Assembly: GCA_046726415.1 (NCBI GenBank)
Contig: JBKPAK010000233.1
Location: 1-35,122 of the forward strand
Origin: Candidatus Methylomirabilota bacterium
Lineage (GTDB): Bacteria > Methylomirabilota > Methylomirabilia > Rokubacteriales > CSP1-6
Direction: 5' to 3'
Length of the DNA stretch: 35,122 nucleotides
The stretch's first letter is position 1. Each line of letters starts with the position of its first letter. The translations under genes and the position numbers were made by a program. The notes beneath the pieces were generated by a model. It had not been told where the DNA came from. It saw only the letters and a program-made list of their open reading frames with translations, and did not search any database. This document shows positions 1-6,426 of the stretch, piece by piece.

Positions 1-1
1 G

Positions 2-411
2 GCCGACCTCCGGAAGGAAGGCGCGGCGTTCGATCTGCCCATCGCCCTCGGGATCCTGGCCGCCACGGGATGCGTGAGAGACGGCGCCGTCGGTTCCTTT
101 GCCGTCGTAGGGGAGTTAGCGCTCGACGGACAGATCCAGCCGGTGCGAGGCTCGCTCGCGGTCGCGCTAGCCTGCCGACGTCGAGGCATCGGCACGCTCC
201 TTGTCCCTTGCGCCAATGGTTCGGAAGCCGCTGCGGTCACCGGCTTGCGCGTGGTCCCGGCCGGTACGCTTGGCGAAGCGGTGGCGTTGCTGAACGGCGA
301 GGCCGTCACCAGTCCACCACCGGTCCAGCCCGAGCCACGGGAAACGCTCGCCGCGCTCGAGGATGATTTCGGCGACGTCGTCGGGCAGGCGCATGCCAAG
401 CGCGCGCTCGA
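2..411 (+). pseudogene. comM: YifB/ComM family Mg-chelatase-like AAA+ ATPase; 5' part lies outside the window, truncated at about 411
   Basis: Frame 2 reads ADLRKEGAAFDLPIALGILAA...GELALDGQIQPVRGSL...DFGDVVGQAHAKRAL, all ComM hallmarks. The expected continuation (EIAAAGGHN..GPPGxGKT) is absent and the frame runs into unrelated Pro/Ala-rich sequence to a stop at 685. Confidence 0.9.
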
Positions 412-475
412 CGCGGTCACGGCGCCCAGCCAGGCGGCGGCAGCCCTCGCGAGTGCCCCCGAGGTCCCCGGCGGC

Positions 476-826
476 TCATCGCCCCAGCTCGCGCCGACGC
501 CGCTCCGCGGCTTGCTCACGGGCGTCCTCGTCGAGTCTGTAAAACAGGCCGGCAGAGAGCCCGAGGCCAAAACACCATTCGGCCCAGGGCAGCCCCCGCC
601 GCCCGGCGGCCGCCCAGTCGAAAAGGATCGTCTCGCGGTGAATCCGCCACAGCGGCTCGGCCACCCGGGTCCCACGACCCCATGATCGGTAAAGGTCGAT
701 TCGGTCGTCGTCGGGGCCGATCAACTCATCCGAGGGGTAGAGCCCGTGCTCAAGCAAATATCTCCACGCGGGGCTGAGCGCCTGTGTCTGGCGCCGACCG
801 ATCAACTTCCTCCGGATGTTCGCCAT
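476..826 (-). CDS. Hypothetical protein (116 aa, Trp-rich) downstream of terS
   Basis: ATG 4 nt after the terS stop, same strand; plausible composition (LWRIHRETILFDW...GLPWAEW). Confidence 0.65.
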   Translation of the reverse strand: MANIRRKLIGRRQTQALSPAWRYLLEHGLYPSDELIGPDDDRIDLYRSWGRGTRVAEPLWRIHRETILFDWAAAGRRGLPWAEWCFGLGLSAGLFYRLDEDAREQAAERRRRELGR

Positions 827-830
827 GGCT

Positions 831-1196
831 TTAGCTGACCTTTCCAGGGCGCCCTGGACGGCTGTGGGGCGGCTCGATATCCAAATTCAACATGCGCAAC
901 GCCCTCAACATGGCCAGGCGAGCGTCCTTGGCGACACCAGCCGCGGGGTTCGCCTTCCCGGCGACCACGAGCCCGTTCTGGGCAATCTCGCGCTGGGCGG
1001 CCCGCAAGCTATCGAACGCTTCCAGGCCGGTCTGGAGGATCACCAGGCCGGCGTGATCGAAGCTCCAAGTGCCGGTGTACCCCTTCCAGAGCTGCTGGGC
1101 CTCCGCGCTCAGGTGCGGCGGTGGCGTGTCCGCCGTCAGAGGCGCCGGGGAGACCGGCGGTGGGACAACCTGCAGTGTCGTGGATCCTCGTCGCAT
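831..1196 (-). CDS. Phage terminase small subunit, P27 family (121 aa)
   Basis: C-terminal part of ORF 831..1736 from ATG at 1196: PPPHLSAEAQQLW...AQREIAQNGLVV..KANPA....DARLAMLRALRMLNL matches the P27 TerS pattern (PPxxLxxxAxxxW, NPA, helical C-terminus). Confidence 0.85.
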   Translation of the reverse strand: MRRGSTTLQVVPPPVSPAPLTADTPPPHLSAEAQQLWKGYTGTWSFDHAGLVILQTGLEAFDSLRAAQREIAQNGLVVAGKANPAAGVAKDARLAMLRALRMLNLDIEPPHSRPGRPGKVS

Positions 1197-1220
1197 ATGC
1201 TGTACCTCGATTCGATTTAA

Positions 1221-1285
1221 AGCGCGGCCCAGCCTGTATTGTCCCGGGAACCCCAGAGATTTAGGGTGCCCCCCACCCTTGTCAC
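1221..1285 (-). other. Candidate cos/packaging region upstream of terS
   Basis: Minus strand GGGTGGGGGGCACCCTAAATCTCTG, a G-run plus AAATCTCTG like the regions before terS in cos phages; includes inverted repeat AGGGTG-N5-CACCCT (1263-1279). Resemblance and position only. Confidence 0.4.
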
Positions 1286-1387
1286 GACGTGGCCGACGCG
1301 ACGGGATCTCTTCTCCCGTTCTCGGGTCGTGCTGGCTACCGTTGCAGACCACCGACGGGAGGGGACATGAGAGAGCGAAGAGGGCAA

Positions 1388-1416
1388 GATCAAGCTGGAT
1401 AATATACAGCTTGATC
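1388..1416. promoter_or_regulatory. Perfect 10-bp inverted repeat around an AT-rich core (operator or promoter candidate)
   Basis: GATCAAGCTG-GATAATATA-CAGCTTGATC; the minus strand contains TATATT (-10-like) about 200 nt upstream of terS. Confidence 0.55.
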
Positions 1417-1437
1417 GGTTCCCCTCCGGCAGTGTCG

Positions 1438-1899
1438 TCATCGATCTCCCACCCTCTTCTTCGCGCAGCGTAAGCACAGCGCCCGGCCACCATAACCGGC
1501 CAAGGTTCCGGCGCCGCAGTCAGCGCAGTGATCGAATCCGTTGATGGCGCGGGGGCCCAGGCCCGGAAGCGCGTCGGGCCAAGGGTGCAGATAGGATTGA
1601 GCGGCCGCGGCGATCGCGGCGCGCTGGCGGACGAGTCTCTCACCCCAGCGGCGCTCCCCTTCTGCGCGGGGCATGGTCTCGACAACCTCGGCAGGGAAGA
1701 TCTGTTGAACCTCGGCGAGAAGGGCAGCATCATCAAGCGTGGGGGTTTCCGCGTTAATGTCGTTTAACGCGTCTACCCTCTCCGACGTCGTATACCGCTC
1801 GAATTGATACTTTTGCTTTCTTTCTTCCCCCTCTAGGAGGGCCAGATAGTCGACTGGGCCGACGCGATAAACGCGGTTAACGCTAAAACCCTGGCCCAT
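1438..1899 (-). CDS. Hypothetical protein with C-terminal CxxC...CxxC zinc-finger-like motif
   Basis: TGATG coupling to the helicase stop; C-terminus HCADCG...LCLRC. The N-terminal third overlaps the candidate origin, so the true start is uncertain. Confidence 0.55.
   Translation of the reverse strand: MGQGFSVNRVYRVGPVDYLALLEGEERKQKYQFERYTTSERVDALNDINAETPTLDDAALLAEVQQIFPAEVVETMPRAEGERRWGERLVRQRAAIAAAAQSYLHPWPDALPGLGPRAINGFDHCADCGAGTLAGYGGRALCLRCAKKRVGDR
1750..1884. repeat. Candidate replication origin: two inverted arrays of three 9-bp iteron-like units flanking a pyrimidine/AT-rich spacer
   Basis: Left CGCGTTAAT-GTCGTTTAA-CGCGTCTAC (1750-1776). Right, reverse-complemented, AGCGTTAAC-CGCGTTTAT-CGCGTCGGC (1884-1858). 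Spacer contains GAATTGATACTTTTGCTTTCTTTCTT. Lies directly after the helicase gene. Confidence 0.6.
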
Positions 1900-3224
1900 C
1901 AGCTTGCCGCCTCCCAGGTTTCCGCCGGTCGCCCGCCGTTCCCGCCGGGCTCGGGCGGCCGGCGCCGGGCACGCCCTTGGGACGCGAGAAAGGTCAGGGC
2001 CACGGTGATGCGCTCGGACGACACGTTGCGATGGAACAGGTCCCGAATATTGGTCCGGGGCATTGGCCCTTTCGCCTTGAGGGCGGCCTCAATCGCGTCA
2101 GCGATCGGGTCCCCAAGCCGGTCTCCGAAGATCTCGTGAGCGGACGTCTCGGCGTACTGCCAGACGGCCAGGGCCGCTTTGAGATGGGGAAGGCGCACGA
2201 CGGGGGAGCGATCAAGAGCGGCATACAGCACGCCGAGCCGGAGTACCTGGGCTTCAGCCCGGGCCGTGAGGGCGCCGACGAGCCCCGGCTTCTCCCCTGA
2301 GAGCGTCGGGTAGATCTTCGTCCAGGCGGCCTCGGCCTCCTCATCGCGCTCAAGCACCCCCACGCCGAGGGCGGCCATCGCCACGCCGTCAAGCTCGTTG
2401 ATGAGCGGCAGGAGTACGGCGTTCGGCACAGGGCGGGGATTCGGCAGCAGCTTAGAGCGCCGCACCAGAAAGAGCATGTAGCGATTGGCCCACCCGTTGA
2501 TGCGATCGTTCTCCGCCAGATGCAACTGCAGTTCGGCCACGGTGATGTGGGCGAGGATGCTGATGTGGGCGCCCGTGGCCCGCAGCGGGGAATTTCGCGT
2601 CAAGGTCCGCAGGGTCCCGCTATCCCACGCCTGGCGCATGACGGCACTGAGCGAGTTGCTTTCGTGATTCATGCGCTTGAGTACGGCGGCCAACTCTGGC
2701 TCCTCGACCAGGAGGCGCTTGTCCTCGACGCCCTGGTCGACGATCACGGTCTCGTACCCGACGACCCGTCCCTTGTCTTTGATCGGCTGCTTCTCTTCGC
2801 GCGGATCTCTGACGTGGAAGATTAAGCCCTCGCCACTGCTCAGGCCGGACGCGAGGCATGTCGTGGCCCACACACCATCGACGGCGCGCAGCAGGTACAT
2901 GGGTTCGCCCCGCGACAGCCCCTTGCGGGCCTTTGACGACGTCCCCACGAGCGTCACGTAGAGTCGCCCGGGGTGATCATCGCGGCCGGCAGAGGCATGA
3001 GGGCCAGGGCCGATGAGGTTGCCGAAGCCTGCCAGGAAGGTGACGAGGGTGGCAACGGGATCGGCCTCGGTATGGGGATCAACGGCCTCCACGACGCGGC
3101 CGGCGAGTCCATAGAGGGTCTCGGGGGCGAGCTGGGGCCACGTCTCGACGCGGGGCAGGCCGTTCACGTCCGAAGCCGTGGCGCCGGTCTCCACAACATG
3201 ATCGTCGAGACCAGCCTTAGCCAC
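1899..3224 (-). CDS. DUF3987/YfjI-like P-loop ATPase (replicative helicase-like) with C-terminal winged helix
   Basis: LVGTSSKARKG (Walker A-like), SSGEGL, LLVEEPELAAVL (Walker B-like), RQAWDSG, NGWANRYM, C-terminal RTNIRDLF...GGRPAETW. Confidence 0.8.
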   Translation of the reverse strand: MAKAGLDDHVVETGATASDVNGLPRVETWPQLAPETLYGLAGRVVEAVDPHTEADPVATLVTFLAGFGNLIGPGPHASAGRDDHPGRLYVTLVGTSSKARKGLSRGEPMYLLRAVDGVWATTCLASGLSSGEGLIFHVRDPREEKQPIKDKGRVVGYETVIVDQGVEDKRLLVEEPELAAVLKRMNHESNSLSAVMRQAWDSGTLRTLTRNSPLRATGAHISILAHITVAELQLHLAENDRINGWANRYMLFLVRRSKLLPNPRPVPNAVLLPLINELDGVAMAALGVGVLERDEEAEAAWTKIYPTLSGEKPGLVGALTARAEAQVLRLGVLYAALDRSPVVRLPHLKAALAVWQYAETSAHEIFGDRLGDPIADAIEAALKAKGPMPRTNIRDLFHRNVSSERITVALTFLASQGRARRRPPEPGGNGGRPAETWEAAS

Positions 3225-3876
3225 GGGCCGCCTCGTCGAGTGACGCGGGCAGCACGACGATCCTCACGCGGGCGCCGCGCGCCATTAAGGCCGCGGCGAA
3301 CCGGTCGACGCCGCACTCCACGTCCGGATTGGTCTGCCAGTCACTATCGGGCACCAATTCGACGATGCGCCCGCGCAGGCCGATGCCATCGAAGTCGCCG
3401 AGCAGATTCTGTGAGCCTTTGGGGTGCCACCCCTCGATACCGCAGAAGCCAACGGCGGGCAAACCGAGCTGGGCGGCGACGAGGCTCTTTTTCTCTCCCT
3501 CGACGAGCCAGAGTGGCTCGCCCCGATGCATGGCGCGATCGAGGGTGGCCAGTGGGAAATATAGGCGCATTCCCGAATGGCGTGGCTGGAGATATTTGAC
3601 GCTGCCCTTCTTCGTCTTGAGGGCCGGGAAGATCTTCATGCGAATGTGGTCCATAAACCGGCTGGTCGGACAGGGGAAGGGGAACAAGAGCGCGCTCATC
3701 ACCTTTGATCCCGGGAAGCCGAGAAGTTGAGAAATCAAATTCGGAAGGACGCTGCGGATTTTCTGCCGCGCAATCGTCTCGTCGCTCAGTCCAGATTTCC
3801 GCAGATCAGCGAGGTGGGGCGGGTGGAGCCCGCCCTCGTAAAGGCACGACAGAAGAAAAGCCAGGTGAGCATTCAC
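3217..3876 (-). CDS. DUF3854-like TOPRIM primase domain protein
   Basis: ADLRKSGLSDETI, KYLQP, LWLVEGEKK..AAQLGLPAVG..GIEGW, RIVELVPDSD (TOPRIM E and DxD). GTG at 3876 overlaps the upstream TGA; alternative ATG at 3912. Confidence 0.85.
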   Translation of the reverse strand: MNAHLAFLLSCLYEGGLHPPHLADLRKSGLSDETIARQKIRSVLPNLISQLLGFPGSKVMSALLFPFPCPTSRFMDHIRMKIFPALKTKKGSVKYLQPRHSGMRLYFPLATLDRAMHRGEPLWLVEGEKKSLVAAQLGLPAVGFCGIEGWHPKGSQNLLGDFDGIGLRGRIVELVPDSDWQTNPDVECGVDRFAAALMARGARVRIVVLPASLDEAARG

Positions 3877-4145
3877 GGCCGCGCGCGCTCGTCGGTCAGC
3901 TGCTGCAGCCATTCAGCGCGGGTGAGCCGCGGCTCGGGATCGTCGAACAGCTCTAACTGCACAGGGCACGATCGCCGGGCCTCCGCCAGGATTTCCGTGT
4001 GAGAAGGCCCTCTCTCCGGCGGCACGAGCCCCGCCCGGCGGAACAGCTCCTCGCAGGCCCAGCTCAAGGCACTCATAAACTGGGCCCGCGGCAGAGATTC
4101 CAACGCTTCCCACGTGGCCTGGTCTTCATCAGAGCGGGGCGCCAT
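3873..4145 (-). CDS. Hypothetical protein (90 aa)
   Basis: TAATG coupling with the upstream gene and GTGA coupling with the primase. Confidence 0.55.
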   Translation of the reverse strand: MAPRSDEDQATWEALESLPRAQFMSALSWACEELFRRAGLVPPERGPSHTEILAEARRSCPVQLELFDDPEPRLTRAEWLQQLTDERARP

Positions 4146-4504
4146 TAGAAGGGCACCCCATCCGCAGACTCGGCGCACGCCGGCACCGGGCCACGCTTCA
4201 CGATGTCGTCGGGATCAGCGAACACATTGGCGTCGTGAAACGTTTTGGCGCCGGTCTTCGTCGGAAAGAGCCCGAGGTATTCGATCGTGATCGTGCTGCC
4301 GACGCGAATGGACTGCAGCGCCTTGTACAGCTTGTCAAACGCGGACACGACGATGTGTCGGTCCTTCGTCTCGAGGTCGATCAGCGGCCCGTACTTGCCG
4401 TCGTGCATCCCGCGAAACACGACGTCCTCGAGCCTGGTGCCGGGCTCAATGTCCGCGACCCACTTCCTGAACGTGCCGCCGGCGTTTACTCTCACTTTGG
4501 GCAT
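4145..4504 (-). CDS. Hypothetical protein, possible OB-fold ssDNA-binding protein
   Basis: Beta-rich with GKYG and IRVGSTITIEYLG..TKTGAKTF; acidic tail ending DGVPF like SSB C-termini; sits in the replication module. Confidence 0.55.
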   Translation of the reverse strand: MPKVRVNAGGTFRKWVADIEPGTRLEDVVFRGMHDGKYGPLIDLETKDRHIVVSAFDKLYKALQSIRVGSTITIEYLGLFPTKTGAKTFHDANVFADPDDIVKRGPVPACAESADGVPF

Positions 4505-4546
4505 TGCCTTCGCTCTCCTGGATGGCGTATGCTCGCCATCGTTTGG

Positions 4547-4930
4547 TCAGTTCACTGCATGCAGACGCCCGGTGTTAAAGCCATCGGGGGCGTCGCCGTC
4601 TCGATCGCCTCGCCGTCTTACCGCCGTTTCGCCGCCGGGCCCGAGGGGCCGTCCCTCGTGCCCTGTTCGTCCCGCGACGTTGGCGAGAGCCTCCTCGAGG
4701 CTGACGCCGGGAAGCGCGTGAAGATATGCGATCAGCTCGTCACGCAGCAGGATGATGCGCCCGCCGAGTCGGCGGTAAAGCAGCAGACCACGGGCGATCT
4801 GCGCGCGTGTAGTCTTCTCAGTCGGATTGCCGATCAGTGCGGTGCCGGCCGCAATGTCGAGCGCGATACCGTTGATGGTGCGCCGGCCCTTCGCCTGACC
4901 GTCCCTCTTGCGCGTGGGAGGGGTCTTCAC
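4547..4930 (-). CDS. Excisionase-like helix-turn-helix DNA-binding protein
   Basis: LDIAAGTALIG..TEKTTRAQIARGLLLYRRLGGRIILLRDEL follows the HTH_17/Xis pattern; GTGA-coupled to the upstream gene. Confidence 0.65.
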   Translation of the reverse strand: MKTPPTRKRDGQAKGRRTINGIALDIAAGTALIGNPTEKTTRAQIARGLLLYRRLGGRIILLRDELIAYLHALPGVSLEEALANVAGRTGHEGRPLGPGGETAVRRRGDRDGDAPDGFNTGRLHAVN

Positions 4931-5121
4931 GACCGACTCGTGCGCTTCGCGAGATATTCGCGCAAAGCTGCGTCGGTGACTCGCACCATGCGGCCGAAGC
5001 GAATGACTTCTAGCTCGCCGCGGGCGATATCGCGGCGGATGAAAGCTAGAGAGAGGCGTGCGCGGGTGGCGTCTTCTTCGAGTCTGTAGGCGGTGTTATT
5101 GTCCGCATTCACGTCTAGCAT
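4927..5121 (-). CDS. Excisionase family (HTH_17) DNA-binding protein, 64 aa
   Basis: AYRLEE...LSLAFIRRDIARGELEVIRFGRMVRVTDAALREYL. Confidence 0.8.
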   Translation of the reverse strand: MLDVNADNNTAYRLEEDATRARLSLAFIRRDIARGELEVIRFGRMVRVTDAALREYLAKRTSRS

Positions 5122-5178
5122 AAAGCCACATACGGAACGCGGGGTGCAAAGGACTGAAGACTACTTCTTCGGTCCCTT

Positions 5179-6076
5179 TCAGGGTGTGGGGCGCCCGGCG
5201 CCGAGAGTCAGCCTCCAGGCGGTCTCACCGCCCAGAAGTCCGATGACCTTCCGGGTGACCGCAGGAACGGCCTGCTTCGCGTCCTGTAGGAAACTGTTTA
5301 CCGTCTCAGGGCTGAGTCCGTAATGCAGGGCAACCATCTTGTGCACCTGCTCTGTCAGCGTCTCGGCGCCGAGCAGTTTGCGAGTCCCGGCTCTGGCCTC
5401 AGTTTCGAGCTTTCACCGGGCCCCCTTGTCCCCAATCAACAATTCACGGTCATCGACCTTCCGTGTCTTCTTCTTCCCGCGCCGGTTTCCGAGATAGGGG
5501 TTCGCCACGAAGGCGCTAACCTTGTCGAGCACGGCCTTAATGGCTTCGGGTGGGAACCCGCAGAAGTCAGCCGTCACGCCAGTGGCCATGTCAGGAGACT
5601 CGGAATACGGAAGAATGCGCCTGGTCTCGCGGTCCAGCCGGACCTGCGGCCCGAAGAGTCCATGACGTTCGAGGGCAGTTGCCACGCGATCGGAGGCCTT
5701 AGATTCCTCTTTCTTCAACAGTTCCAGGGTTCCGTGCCAGAGCAGCCACCAGCGCGCGTGCCCAATGGCGTTGTAAACGTCGTTGAGGCCCCCGGCCGCG
5801 TAGCCCTTGACCAGCGTCAGGAGGCTGGCGAGCGTCCCCGGGTCGGCCTGCTTGATGTCCTCCGTCCCGCACCTCGCCGGCGCAGAGGGCTTTCCAAAGG
5901 TCCTTGTCGAGGGGCTTCAGCCCGTCGACCTCGCGCTTGATTGCGGCAACGAGCTCGGCGACGATTCTGTCCTGGCCGGTGACCTCAGCACCGGGCGCCG
6001 ACTGATGCGCGCTGGATTCAGCGCGCCGGTCGGATCTCTTCCTATTCCGGTCCCCGCCGGTGGCTCTCGGGAGCAT
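5179..6076 (-). pseudogene. Disrupted gene (about 300 codons) with C-terminal HTH-like segment; possible element regulator
   Basis: ATG at 6076 with GGAG RBS reads to ...LWKALCAGEVR. Removing one G near 5867 continues TEDIKQADPGTLASLL...LELLKKEESK into ORF 5413..5718. Past the TGA at 5413-5415 the frame stays open (KLETE...VALHYGLSPETVNSFLQDAK...) to TGA at 5179. Confidence 0.6.
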
Positions 6077-6175
6077 GCCGCGCCTGTCTCCTGGCACGTC
6101 TCGGAAGAAATGGGCCCCAAACCGGCGAGACATTCCGGCCTTGTCGGATCGCGAGTCCTAGGGGCCCATGCTGGG

Positions 6176-6295
6176 AGCGTTGTGAATAGCGTTGTGGAAT
6201 GAGTGGCGAAACGCGGGGAAACTCGGGGAACGGAGAGGAGCGCACAATGCGAGATTCTGTCCGTGTTCTCGCCCAGTTCATCGCGTGTTCACGTA
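6176..6295. repeat. Cluster of short phased repeats resembling an att arm (integrase arm-type and Xis sites)
   Basis: AGCGTTGTG twice (6176, 6188; 12-bp period); GAAAC(G/T)CGGG twice plus GAAC (6208-6231; 10-bp period); GTTC three times at 6265, 6276, 6287 (11-bp period, opposite orientation). Confidence 0.5.
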
Positions 6296-6388
6296 CTTGC
6301 GAAGACGCCTCAACAGTGATCGACCATCAGGCGCCCGCTGTCCTGGGAAATTGGCGGGTTGTCACCCCTCGATCTGGATGAGCGGTGT

Positions 6389-6416
6389 GGCCGGGTCCCG
6401 GATCGCGGACCCGGCC
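6389..6416. terminator. GC-rich hairpin after the peroxiredoxin stop
   Basis: GGCCGGGTCC-N8-GGACCCGGCC, 10 nt downstream of the stop. No U-tract, so intrinsic termination is uncertain. Confidence 0.4.
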
Positions 6417-6426
6417 CGAGGATCCG

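Larger units (their letters stand above)
412..6330 (-). mobile_element. Phage-satellite (PICI-like) integrative element or remnant; boundaries approximate
   Basis: Co-oriented, tightly overlapping genes: excisionase-like HTHs, TOPRIM primase, DUF3987-like helicase, P27-type TerS. No capsid, TerL or integrase in the window. Left edge is the comM break; right edge lies between the repeat cluster at 6176-6300 and the Prx stop at 6427. Confidence 0.75.

Noticed and set aside
74-685. 203-aa ORF as an intact gene
   Set aside because: It is the comM fragment reading through into the antisense strand of element DNA; the part after about 411 is Pro/Ala-rich and has no ComM motifs.
1395-1409. E. coli-type SOS box
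   Set aside because: Spacing is CTG-N9-CAG rather than N10 and the host does not look gammaproteobacterial; kept only as a palindrome.
831-1736. 301-aa TerS with a long N-terminal extension
   Set aside because: TerS similarity starts at ATG 1196; the upstream part overlaps another ORF, the palindrome and the cos-like region.
5413-5415. Second selenocysteine TGA, in the element pseudogene
   Set aside because: No Cys-type catalytic context, no evident hairpin downstream, and the gene also has a frameshift; a nonsense mutation is simpler.
6350-6378. tRNA 3'-end-like att core (minus strand ...GTGACAACCCGCCA)
   Set aside because: Ends in CCGCCA but lacks a GTTCGA T-loop and a pairing T-stem; cannot be called a tRNA fragment.
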